Below are positions 49,459-61,005 of a stretch of 62,000 nt of DNA, in pieces. Location: NCBI RefSeq assembly GCF_000400465.1, contig NW_008806274.1:270244-332243 (forward strand), given 5' to 3'. The position numbers and the translations under genes are program-made. The notes under the pieces are model-generated. The model had not been told where the DNA came from, did not search any database, and saw only the letters and a list, made by a program, of their open reading frames with translations. The first letter of the stretch is position 1. Every line of letters starts with the position of its first letter. The DNA is from Wallemia ichthyophaga EXF-994 (taxonomy: Eukaryota; Fungi; Basidiomycota).

Positions 49459-51007
49459 CTAAATACCCGAATAGGCGTCGTCGAGATTGAGAGAGGTAGA
49501 GTAGCGAGAGTTGATGTTAGTGTTAGTGTTGCTATACGCTGGTCTGTAAGTAGCCTGAGTGGTATCTACGCCTTTACTTGGGACGGTGTTTTCATAAGGG
49601 TTAGGGAGAAGGTCCACGTGGTTATTGAATGCGTTGGGTGTGTTGAGTGCGCTGCTGCTGCTGTCTCCAGCCGTGTACCTAGGCGGTGAGAGTGAGGGTG
49701 ACGGTGACGGTGACGGCGATACGGACTCTGAGGGAGAGTGCGAAGGCGAGGCCGATGACACGAGTGCCGCGTGCGACTGCACCGATGGCGACCTATCGAT
49801 AAGAGGTGGCCGTGGGGGTATGAGTGCATCGCTGTAGTTGGGGAAGTAGCTAGGGGAGGGTGGTTTGTAAGGGGGAGCAGTGTGCACCAAGTGCTGCATG
49901 TGCGGTGGCTGCATGTTCTGCTTTGGGTTCATGTGAGGTGGCTGTATCTGAGGTGGCTGAGGTGGCTGCATCTGCTGCATATAAGGCATCTGCATCTGCA
50001 TCGGCTGCATATGCTGTGGATATGGGTCGAAAGGCGAGCGAGGGTGCATTGCATGTGGCGGGGACTCAACGCGCGAGATCGGAGGAGCGCCCGGCACGTG
50101 TGCGAGACCAGGCAGTGACGGGAGGGGCATGTAGTTGGTGCTACCTGCTCCTGCAGCGCCCAGACCTGCCATGTTGGGTGCCGAGAGGGTGCTGTCGCGG
50201 AAACCTTGAGCTGAGACATGCATGTCGTTATTACCCTCATCCAAGCCCCCACTCACACTGCCACTCCCATTGACATCGGGAATCATCTCACCCTCGTGCT
50301 TGAACGAGTAGCGGTTGAAGGGGTCGACGACGGTGCGGGTGCGCTTGCGTCGCACACAGCAGCCTATGAGGATAGCGAGGAGGATGATGGCACAGGCACC
50401 GCCGGCTGCTATACCGGCAATGGCGCCGGTGGAGAGAGTGGGGGAGGAATTGTTGGAGGTGGAGGAGGTGGAGGAAGTATCTGCGGTGACTGTATGGACT
50501 TGGCCATTGTCTGGGTCTGTGGAGAGGGAGGGGTGGGAGGTGGGAGAGGGAGTAGGTGTGGATGAGCTGCTGGAGCTGCTGGAGCTGCTGGAACTGGAAC
50601 TACTGGAACTACTAGAGCTACTAGAACTATCAGAACTATCAGAACTACTAGAACTATCAGAAGAGCTTGAGCTAGTCGAAGTTTCCGTCTGTTGAGTTGA
50701 AATGAGAAACGTAGACAAAGTGGCAGGAACGTACGCTGTCGGAGGAGGGAGAGGAAGAAGAAGACGGTGAAGAAGACGGTGAAGAAGACGAAGACAAAGA
50801 AGACGAAGAAGACGGTGAAGAAGACGAAGACGTTGGGGATGAAGCGGCTGTGGCTGCTGTGTTGGTTTCGGTGCTGCTGTTGCTGCTGCTGCTGCCATCG
50901 CCGCCACTATCACCACCTTCACCCTCACTCTCACCGAGTACATCAGATAAGAATTGGCGGTGGTGAAGATGGCGGTTACGGTGGCTACTCAATCTCCTTT
51001 CTAACAT
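49459..51007 (-). CDS. Ser/Thr-rich single-pass membrane protein (Mid2-like sensor architecture)
   Basis: Exon 1 51007-50735 (MLERR...poly-Ser), intron 50689-50734, poly-Ser tract, TM helix LSTGAIAGIAAGGACAIILLAILIGCC, RRKR stop-transfer, Pro/Gln-rich tail. Confidence 0.75.
50560..50830. repeat. Coding low-complexity repeats (poly-Ser: AGC/AGT/TCT units)
   Basis: Read directly; they encode the Ser tracts of the Mid2-like protein. Confidence 0.8.
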
Positions 51008-51270
51008 TGAGTTTATAGGGTAATTTGGTATATTTGGTTTATTTTAAAGAAAGTCGTGTTTCGTGGTTCTGATTCGAGATACCTTTCGCAGCAGTCGCGC
51101 TCGGACACATATCTAACGAGATATGATGACAGATGAGATAAAAATATATATTTTTATGTAAATACATTTAATAGCGCTTACGTCTATTGCCACGCTCTTC
51201 ATTCCCCTCTTTCCCCCTATTATTCCCCTCATTCTGATTTAGAATCAATTTTTCACCACCGAGACATGGA

Positions 51271-51606
51271 TCACATGATTGAGTGTAGTAATCTGCTGAG
51301 TTCTTGTCGAATTGGAACCTATAAATGGTATAAGTGGTGTGTTTTTGTATTCAAATTTACTTTCATTTGCGTATTTACGTCAAATTGTGGTCCACGTTCT
51401 CTTCTAGCCCAAATCAAGTGTGAGTTCCTGGAATTTTGAGTGTGTACACTAACAATCATCTCCGCTCACCACTCAGCTGCATTTAGAGTTCCATCTGTAG
51501 TATTTGATTGTTTGAATTCACTTGGCTGATTCGACTGATTCGACTGATTCGGCTGATTTTTAGATATTTTTGTACATATTACACGAGGACAATCTGTAGA
51601 CCTCAT
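51271..51606 (-). CDS. Small spliced hypothetical protein missed by the ORF track
   Basis: MRSTDCPR...NQSNQSNQP...AAEW-NSHLIWARRERGPQFDVNTQMK-VPIRQELSRLLHSIM*, with two GT..AG introns; the 9-nt repeat at 51526-51558 keeps frame. Confidence 0.4.
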
Positions 51607-51709
51607 CTGTGCTTATAGTTTGGCTTATCGGGCGTCTGCGATCAAGAGATGATGGCTATTTTCCATCATCTATTACCATCATCATCTATAAATTAATTAT
51701 CAAATTTAA

Positions 51710-52729
51710 ATGGATGAAGCTGCAGTAGTTACAACAGAATTCGTCAATAGCTTGGATAATCTACAAGAGGAATTTAAATTTATTTTGAATGAAATTAGGC
51801 TGAGAGATGAGTCGTCTACAGAGATACGCGACGGAATATACGGTAAAGAGATTGAGTTGAATACGGCAATGAAAGGTAGTAAAGATGTCCCAGATGATAC
51901 TTTCATAAACATCGAATACGATAAACTTGAGAAACTCTCAATTGAAAAGCTAGATTGGTCAAATAAGCTCAAGATTCTAATCGATAAACATGTCAATAGG
52001 GTTAATGTGGATTTGAATACTGTCCATAATCTATCAACTGCTAATGGTAATGTTAATCCCATGTCACCTGCTACCATCACTTTTAATCAAGCTCCACAAA
52101 CTCCAACTCCTGCTTCATCGAATAAGCCTGGACAGTCAATCAATACAGCAACAGCAACTACAGCAACAGCAACAACCACATCAACCAACACACCGTCCCA
52201 TAAAAGACCATCATTATCTGAAAAATCAACAACTCCTGCTCCAGATTTACCACCTAAAAAGCGTAAATTGAGTGCTCTTAATCCGGGTATTAACGGTGGT
52301 AATAGTAATGGTATTAGCAATACTAGTAGTAACGTTAATAACACAAGAAAACACCGTCAATCCTCCAATAAACAAAGTGAAAGTGATCTAGATGATTCAT
52401 CTAATGACCAGGACCAGGATCAGGACAATGACAACGACAACGACAACGCCATTGACAATGACTCACTGACTGATTCTAACAAAGGTGGTGGTATTGGTGA
52501 GGCAGACGAAGATGACGCTGCTTATTGCTACTGTCAGAAGAAGTCATACGGTAATATGATTGGTTGTGAAAACGACGACTGTCCAATATCATGGTTCCAC
52601 TTTGGTTGCGTAAATATAAAACCACCAGAGCCAGATGTCTGGTATTGCACAGAATGTAAGAATAAACTTGGAATACCCACACAAACGCCATCAAAGAAGT
52701 TATTACAATCGATAAAGAAGAGAAAGTGA
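51710..52729 (+). CDS. ING-family PHD finger protein (Yng2/Pho23-like)
   Basis: N-terminal ING helices (EFVNSLDNLQEEFKFILNEIR) and PHD YCYCQKKSYGNMIGCENDDCPISWFHFGCV...WYCTEC. Confidence 0.93.
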   Translation: MDEAAVVTTEFVNSLDNLQEEFKFILNEIRLRDESSTEIRDGIYGKEIELNTAMKGSKDVPDDTFINIEYDKLEKLSIEKLDWSNKLKILIDKHVNRVNVDLNTVHNLSTANGNVNPMSPATITFNQAPQTPTPASSNKPGQSINTATATTATATTTSTNTPSHKRPSLSEKSTTPAPDLPPKKRKLSALNPGINGGNSNGISNTSSNVNNTRKHRQSSNKQSESDLDDSSNDQDQDQDNDNDNDNAIDNDSLTDSNKGGGIGEADEDDAAYCYCQKKSYGNMIGCENDDCPISWFHFGCVNIKPPEPDVWYCTECKNKLGIPTQTPSKKLLQSIKKRK

Positions 52730-53122
52730 AGAAAGTGGATTATGTTTTATCATTATTAGGCTCGTTACTCTCATTAAATTGTTGTATTATCTCGTTTAAA
52801 TCACTTTCTTCACTTATTTGTGCTAATTCTCTACGTGTTTTCAACTTCCACTGCACCAATCCAATAAGTCTATCTTTCTCTTCTCTAAAGGTCTTTGGAT
52901 GTGTCTCATGGAGGTAAAAAGCAAATAAGCCTGTGAATACGCCGAGAATTGGGTCTAAAGATCTACAAATGCTTGTTAGATGTGAGTAGAATGAATATTA
53001 ATCTACTAACTTTGAAATTAAATGCATTTTGTAAATATCAATGACAGGTTGTTGATAGATGCTGCTGCACCTCTCTTGTTATCATACACCGTGAATTTAA
53101 ATTGAAATTTGAAATATAAAAT

Positions 53123-53523
53123 ATGGTTAGTGATGTGTGTATATCTGAGCGTCACTCACTCCTACACAGTCACGCTCAAGCTCACAAGGAATCCAAACAC
53201 TGCTAGAGGCAGAGAGAGAAGCAGGATTGATCGTCCAACAAGCACGAGAGTACAGAACACAGAAACTCAAAGATGCTAGAATCGATGCACAGAAGGAGGT
53301 TGATGAGTTGAAGCGTGTTAGGGAGTCCACGTTCAAGGATATGCAGGATGAATCCACCGATACCCAATCAACGCATAAGAAGCAAGTTGAACATGATACT
53401 GAGAAGGCTTTGAGTGAGCTAGTCGTACAATTCCAAGATAAAAAGATAATCGTTGTTGATAAGCTTCTTGGGAGAGTGACGCACACGACTAATCAACTCC
53501 ATCGAAATGTAAATAAAGTTTAA
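53123..53523 (+). CDS. VMA10: V-ATPase subunit G
   Basis: ATG, then a GTTAGT..CAG intron, then SRSSSQGIQTLLEAEREA...AREYRTQKLKDAR. Confidence 0.93.
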
Positions 53524-53524
53524 A

Positions 53525-54145
53525 TTAAAAAGATTCATTCGCTATAACCTGACTAGATTCTACTTGATCTACATCGTCTGCCTCGTCTTCTTCTTCCTCT
53601 TCTTGGCCTTGCTCTAGGTCTATGTCCTCGCCGTGTAACTCCCTTTTCAACTCATCTATAGACGCAGCGTGCCCCTTGGGCAGCAACTCATCCAGTGCCA
53701 AATCATCCCATTTTAATGCTGGATCATGACGTTGATTCGTACCACTGAGCTGATCAACAACTGAATCAACTCCTGGACCTGGTGCATCTTTGAGCTGTTT
53801 CAGGGGATTTCCATAGGGGTACGAAGGGTGTATAGATGAGGGTAGCGTGGCTATTGGGGTTATTGTATGTTTCATAGATAATACATGAACGCACCTTCCT
53901 CCTCGTCTTTGGTCATAGGAAGTAAATCCAAAGGTACTTGAATGTCTGTGGAGTGTGTAAGTATCAACACGGCTACCACACTGCACCGATTAACCTTCAA
54001 AAGGTAAATCCTGCCTCAACAAATCACTCAAATCGTTGTTGAAATTTTGATCAAATTTCTTGAAGTGTAGAAAACAATATCTGTTATCCTGCTCATATTA
54101 ATATTCAATATTCAATTCTCCAACTCCTCAACCACCTACTCCCAT
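53525..54145 (-). CDS. APC13: Anaphase-promoting complex subunit 13
   Basis: Spliced model MG-DNRYCFLHF...QDLPFE-DIQVPLDLLP...HDPALKWDDLALDEL; the DLPxxDIxVP and KWxDLxL motifs are typical of Apc13/Swm1. Confidence 0.72.
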
Positions 54146-54149
54146 CGTG

Positions 54150-56529
54150 ATGGTCACCGTCACTAACAACACATCATCAATAGTCGCAGATGCTTTCAAG
54201 TCTCCGGTATGTTGAATGTGTATCCATGTATCAACTTACAAGTCCAGGATGACCTCGCAAAGCTCTCTACTTTCAAAAACAAGTTACTCAAAGAACGCGC
54301 TGTAATTGAAACTAAATTGAAATCCGGCGTTGCTGAGCAGCTTGATATTACTAGAGACGCTATCAGAAAGCTTTACCTCACTAGATCTGATGTTAAACGG
54401 GTTTCTCAGGGTATGTCTAGTGTTGGTGACAGTAGCAGTGGTATTACACCCACAATCTCTTTCTCTAAAATATCTCAAGTTGCAATGATACATCGTAACT
54501 TTGGTCAAGTCGAGGAGACTGTACACAACTTGAAAGAAATGTACACTAAGATTCAATTCTTAGAATCTTGGTTGGATTCTGATAGTGAAGATCCTCAAGG
54601 TCCACATGACAACCTTATTCCAATTCACAGCGAATTATCTCAACTAGAGAATTTTAAATTTCAAGCTTTATACCAAGCCAATGAGCTCGATATCCACACG
54701 AGAGACACTCTCAACAAACACTTTGACACGCTCAACACCCTCATTCAACAGTTCGAGCTCCATTTAGAGGATCTCTCCAAGCATATTCTCGATATCGTCA
54801 GATATGGCGACTCTTCCGTCGTGGAGAGGTTGGTTCTGATTGTCGAGCATGAGCAAGGGGAGGATGACAAAGTGATGGAATTCAAAAAGCTCATCGAGGC
54901 GAACGACGAGTCAAAGCACGACCGGTACAAGCAGATGCAAGCGAACTCGCGCGTGATAAAAAAGACAAAGCAGAAGTTATTTGACGATATAAGAGGTGGA
55001 GTGAGTGAGTTATTCGATGCAGCCGAAGAGCAAGGTCAAATAGAGCAAGATGCCGGGGGGTATCTCTCGACGCTCGAGTGGATATACGAGGACTATGAGG
55101 ACATAGCTAGCAAAGTGCAAGTGCTATTCCCCAGCGAGTACAACATCCACTATATCTACACACGCGCCTACCACGAGCGACTCGATGCGTCGTTACAACG
55201 CATAGTGGCGAGCGAGCCTGAGGCAAGGGTTTTACTTGCGCTACACGATTTCGTGCGCCGCTACGCCACCGAGATGAAGAGACTGAATATACCACCAGAG
55301 TGGACCACCGACCCTCCCCTTCTTGACGGGCGGGAGCAGGAGCTGATAGAAGATTATGTTGCACTGCTCACGCGCAAGCTTGACGAGTGGTCGCGCAACC
55401 TGATGTCAGACGAGAAGAAGGAGTTCAGCCATCGCGCTCACCCGCCTGAGGTAGATGGCGACGGGCTGTGGGGGATGCAGGGAGCCGTCATCCTCTTCCA
55501 GATGATCAACTCGCAAACAGAACTAGCCGCAGGTAGTGGACAGGGCGGTGTGCTGGCGCGCGTAGTCGGCGAGTGCTCCCGCGTCATTCGCTCCGTTCAG
55601 ACCGACTGGACAAGCTTGATAGCGGCGGAGACGGCGCAAATGGCCAAGAAACCCGAGTCAGTCGCTAATGGACTGGGTGAATATCTTATTGCACTAGCTA
55701 ATGACCAAATCAAGTCGGCCGATTTTACGGAAACTCTCCTCACTCGCACCGAAGCCCTCGTGAGCGATAAGTATAAAGACGTCATACAGCGTCACCTCAA
55801 CGATGCTATGGATGGCAGTCTCGATGTTGCGCGCAGGTGTATCGAGGTCATTGTCGATATCATCTTCGCAGATCTCAAACCAGCTGTGAAGGGTCTCTTT
55901 GGGAATGCCTGGTTTGAGGAGTCGCTCGTCGTACAGATTCTCGAAACTATGCGCGACTATCTCGAAGACTGGTCCGATTTCATTAACGTTTCACTAAGGG
56001 AGCTCCTCGTTGAGTGTCTGCTCCATGAGTTCCTCGTCACTTACCTCAAGGCACTCAAGAACTGCTCACGCATCCGGGTAGGGCCTTTCGTACAGCAGAT
56101 CAAGGCTGATATGGCGGAAGTGCACACTTTCTTCAAATCCCATCGCAAGGCGGGTGATATACAGGATGATTTGGAGATCATAGATAGAGTTGTTTCCCTG
56201 CTGACGTCTTCTGAGTCTATGGTATATCTCGACTATTTCGTAAGTGCTGTTGTCTTTAAGGCGCATTCTCTGTCTCTCTTTTTAGCATTCTCACACTCCA
56301 TAGCCCTTCGCTAAACGTCACGGCCCTTGTCTCGCTTTCGTCTCGAGCCTCATCAGGGCGCGCGACGACTTGGAGAAACGCGAAGTGAGGGATATGGTCG
56401 ATACTATACACAGGAAAGCGGAAGAAGAGAAATTCCCTGAACGTGGGTAGCGCAGGAGGTTCAATTATTCATCGCTAACACACTCCTCACACAGCTGATC
56501 CACCAACTATTATGAGCCGCATAAATTGA
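54150..56529 (+). CDS. SEC6: Exocyst subunit Sec6
   Basis: FKSP-DDLAKLSTFKNKLLKERAVIETKLKSG, PPEVDGDGLWGMQGAVILFQMINSQ, LIALANDQIKSAD; three introns. Confidence 0.95.
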
Positions 56530-57105
56530 CTTGTACATTAATACCACCCCCTGCATCTTTCTGAGTGTGTTACTGCGGCTGCGATCACTTTGCCCTCGCG
56601 TGCCTGGCAGTTTCTATAATTAGCGTCGCGCCGAATACCAAAAGTAGCGCGAAGGTGGCTGAAGAAAGCTATACGATCACGCTGGCACTGGCAGGCATGA
56701 AGATGACATTGGTCACTCGAACGGTTCGAGGAATGTGAAGAGTGCGAAGAGTGCGAGGAATGCGGAAACGAAGAAGAGCACACACCAATGAGTGGTGTGG
56801 AAGGTGGTATAATTTAGTACAAACACCCATATTTGATCCCAAAAGACAAGATATCAACCTCGTTGCTGTTTATATCTCCTAAGGCACGTTTCCTGCACAA
56901 GCGTCCGCCATCTAATTACAGTTGTCTTTCTTTGTTAAAGCGCATGCAATCATGTGCAAATGCAATTAAAATGAATCCATTTTCATTTTAGATTCACAAG
57001 ACCCTGGCAGGTGATGAATTTTTGATTCAGCTGCGCCTGTCACGCAAAGCGTTTGTTGTGAATCAGTCTCCAGCACAACCAACGCCTCAAGAAAAATCGA
57101 TATCC

Positions 57106-58186
57106 ATGATGCTTCGTACAGCAGCTCTCCTCACACTCGCTTCATACGTCTTAGGACACGGCTACATTAGTGAATGTAAGTGAGAGTGTGCGCGGTGAAT
57201 ACAAATACACGCGCATACACACACACACTCCAAAATCAGCTAACGCCCCGCTCAGTCTACATCGGCGACCAACGCCACGATGGTTCCCAAGCCTCTCAGG
57301 CTGGCCCAGCGTGAGTCAGGGCATAATGTATTCCTGTCTCTGCTAATGTCCGTCCAGCATACGTGGTGTTCCAAGTGACTTGGGATATGTCAAATAGTGA
57401 GCCTCATCCCTCGCCGTCTCCTACCACCTAATTCGCCCCTTCCAGCTGGAACCTCAACAATGCAAACGTTGTAAGTAAAATTTTCACCTACCCAACCAAC
57501 TTAACAAAGCGCAGGTATGTAATGAAAACGGCAACCAGCCAGCACAGCAGACAGTAGACGCGTACGCAGGCGACGTGGTCAAGATGCGCTGGCACGGTGA
57601 CCGCGGTCCTACCGGCGACTACTGGGGGCACTACGAGGGACCGATCATGTCGTACATGGTTCCATGTAATGGTGACTGCACGCAGTTCACACCAGACGAA
57701 AACACTATGATGTTCAAACTCGACGAGGCTGGTCTCGACACATCGAAGCCACGCTCTCCTCAAGGCTTCTGGCCTACTAGACCTTCCGGACAAGGTCAAT
57801 GGGCTCAGGACAGGATGTCGACTGAGCAGCAATCATGGTGGCAGACCACCATCCCATCCGATCTCGCTGAAGGTCAATACCTCCTCAGAAACGAAATCAT
57901 CAACTTGGCTTCAGCTAAAAGCGCTAACCCTGGTGGACACACTTGGCCAGGCGGTATCCAGTCCTACCCACAATGTATCCAGCTTAATGTTAAGGGCGGT
58001 CAAGGCGTCACACCACCTATGACCAAGGCTACAGAAGTCTTCACTGAGGATGACAAGTTCTTGAACATCTACACTCCAGGTCCTGATGGTATTGCTTCTT
58101 ACGATATCCCAGGCCCTGCTCCATACGTTCCTGGCTCTAATAACCAGAAACGTATGCGTCGTCACTCTCGCCGTAACGCTCACTAA
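57106..58186 (+). CDS. Secreted AA9-like lytic polysaccharide monooxygenase, atypical
   Basis: 17-aa signal peptide, then His1 (HGYIS, CAC at 57157), GHYEGPIMSY, YLLRNEII, QSYPQCIQL, basic C-terminal RRHSRR; four introns. Confidence 0.85.
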
Positions 58187-58421
58187 GTTAGCTCTTTGAC
58201 TCTTTAAATAGAGTGGAATCACTTTCTCTTTTTAACCATTTACGTTTCTTAGCTTTATCTTTCCACGACATTTCTCGGACTGGTTTCGGATCTTGTCTTA
58301 TTTTTATTGTCATAAATTGTTCTTGAGTGCAAGTATATTTTTGTCTGAAGGCGCTATTTTGTTGCTCTCACAACTCATTTATATGTTTACAACAGGTTTT
58401 AATATGCAAGATGAAGATACT

Positions 58422-60872
58422 CTAACGACGCGACGAGCGAGCAGCAACCAACCTGTCGCGTTCTGAACGCTGATTTTGCCAATGGAAGGTGGCATTTCTA
58501 AGGCTTGTCAGTCGAGTACACACAACACACGGAAACCCACCTCATTCTGTTTATTGCAATCACCGCAAATGCTGCACTGCGGAATTTGGTCGATGCTTTC
58601 TTTTGTGGACGCTTTGCCATCTCTTCCATAAATCCTATCTTGGATATAGCTGCGATAGTGGCGTCTTGTCTGTAAAGCCGTGTTAGTTTTGTGACCACGT
58701 GCAATGTATACACCTACGTCAATCTCAATCCTCCGACTAATAGTAACAGGTACTTTTTTTGACAGATAAGATCCTCTCGCAATGTCCTCTCTCGTGAGAA
58801 TTTGGCTTTGTGATACTTGATCTCTATAACAAGACCACGGCGTTCCTTTATAAAGTTGTTGCGCTCCTCCATCGACATACTATCTCTTCTGCTGTTCAGC
58901 TGAGCTTCCAATGCACGTACATTAGCTTCAGAAGACGTGAGCTCATCTCTGAGCTTGTTGTGTGATGCCATTTTACGATGCTCTAATCCATCACGCTCAT
59001 TCTTGAGCATCTCAAGATCTTGTCCGAGTATGATAAACTCTCTGTTCATCCTGTTGAGATCTTTTTCTTGTCTGGCGAGTTCTTCGTGTGTGTCTCTGCC
59101 CTCTTCCTGCAACTCCGCATTAAGTTTTTGGAGTTCTTCACACTCATCCACCTTGGAGTCGTACCTCCTTCTCATTTGTGCTGTCTCCGTCAGTTTATTC
59201 TCCAATCTCATCACCTTTGTCTCTGCCTTCTGGAGCTCATCTTGTAGCGTATCGCTCAGCTTTCGTATTACGTCAGCTGATTTTGGTTTACTTTTATAAT
59301 TTCGACGCCTACCTTGACAATGTTCTCTCGCTCTGCAATTAGTGCTTCTATCGACTTCCTATCCTCATCCTGACCTTCATGTACTTTCTGCAGCTCAATC
59401 TCCAAATCGTGAACTTTGTCACTACTTTCCATCAACTTATTGATTATAGACTTCTGGTCAAAGCCACTCTTTCCTAGCATGCGCAGATTGTTATCTACTT
59501 GGCTATTAGCACCATCTAGTTGCTCTCTGAGAGCAGCTACTTGTGCTAATAGTGGCTGTACATCTCCAGCTCCGATCGTTGTTTGGTTCAACCAGGTATC
59601 ATGACCCATCCACTCAGGTGTAGCTGGTGTCTTTGGCATCTTGAGGTTGATGACGCTCTTGTGAATAGCTGGTGTAGCGTCAATCGTGTCATATCTAGAT
59701 TTGTTCCTTGGTGTAGATTGGTTTTGCGATGGACTGCGTGTTTTCAACATGTATACTTCCTCATTGAGTCTCCTAGTGTCCATTCTCAAATTCTCCATCT
59801 CAATCTGATTCGATTGTAGTTGTTGATCCATATCTTGGTTCACTTCCTTGTACTCCTCCATACGACTATTGTACATCGTTTGACGACGCTCGAGCTCGAC
59901 ATCCAGATCTTGAAGGTCAGCCTCAAGTCTGCCAATCGCACGCTCATACTTATCTTTCTCGTGGTCAAAGTCTCTATTGAATTTGCGTGCATCATTAACT
60001 TCCTTGCTCAGTTGATACTTGTCGTTGTCAAGGTTCGCTACTTCCTCTTCGAGCTTTTTAGACCGCGATTTGTAATGTAACACTTCGTCTTGAAGTTTAT
60101 CCACTGTGTAAGATAGCTTTTGCACCTCATCTGATGATGTTTGAGATTTTGATGTATGTAAACGATTGATTTCATCTCTCAGCTGCTGTGTCTCCGCATA
60201 GTGTTCATCTCCAATTAATCTTAGCTGCTCTTGAGCTTCAAAGGCATCCTCTTTCGCAGTTTCGAGTGCAGAAACAAGCTGATTGTTCTCCGTTGCGAGG
60301 TGTTCGTTGAGTGAATTCAAATAAGAGTTCAACTTGGTGCCATCGAATCTATTACCTGATTCGTTTGCAGTGATGTTTGCATTAAAGTTGTTTGGTTGAC
60401 GCGGAGTTATAAGATCGCTGTTAGATGAAGCAAAAGATGGATCGTTGTTATCGTTAGTATCATTGTTATCATTGTTATTCTCTAGAGGCTTCCTTGAGAA
60501 TGAAACTGTCTTAGGGAATGGTGTCGTGTTGACATTTGGCTTTGCCTTATCCTTCATAGCAGACATGAGTACATTTGGTTGACTTGTTAGTCGTTTTGAC
60601 GCGTCTTTTGGTGTTTTGTTGAATTTATTTGGCGTTTGAGCAACATCTGATATTACTTTAGGTCTTTCAACCTCTTTAAAGCCCTCCTTAACGTTCTCCT
60701 TGACTTTCTCCTTAACGTTTTCCTTAACTTGTGTCGCTGTCTCGTTCGATTCAGTCTCCGTCAAGCCTGAATACTCCTGATCATCAATCGAAGGCAGAGA
60801 AACAAGCTCCTCCTTATCCTCCTCATTTATCCTCCTTAAAATCCGCGAAGGTGTCTCGTTGAGCTTGAGCAT
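58422..60872 (-). CDS. PACT-domain spindle-pole-body coiled-coil protein (Pcp1/Spc110/pericentrin-like)
   Basis: Long coiled coils; LREDLICQKKYLLLLVGG and KFRSAAFAVIAINRM PACT/calmodulin-binding motifs; three introns. Confidence 0.88.
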
Positions 60873-61005
60873 TTGATGATGACGATATGAACTAAGTCAA
60901 CCTTTTGTACATTTGGTTATAAATTGGGTATTAATAGATGAAAATCATTTTCTACAAATCTTTAACAAAATTATTATCTTTGAAATCGGGTAAATTCTTT
61001 CTCGT

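Noticed and set aside
49597-49606. AGGGTTAGGG telomere-like or telomerase-template-like motif
   Set aside because: Under two repeats and inside a coding exon (LPNPY).
50735-50943. N-terminus of the 494-aa ORF (MYSVRVRVKVV...RLLHRLL)
   Set aside because: Alternative-frame read-through of the Ser-rich exon 1; the intron at 50689-50734 gives a more coherent protein.
56726-56765. ECEECEECEEC metal-binding-like peptide from a 9-nt repeat
   Set aside because: No start codon or splice link in that frame; bounded by stops; treated as a simple repeat.
57511-57520. CAG|GTATGT ratchet-like site in the AA9 gene
   Set aside because: GTA TGT encodes Val-Cys needed for the conserved AA9 Cys; single site with no chain.
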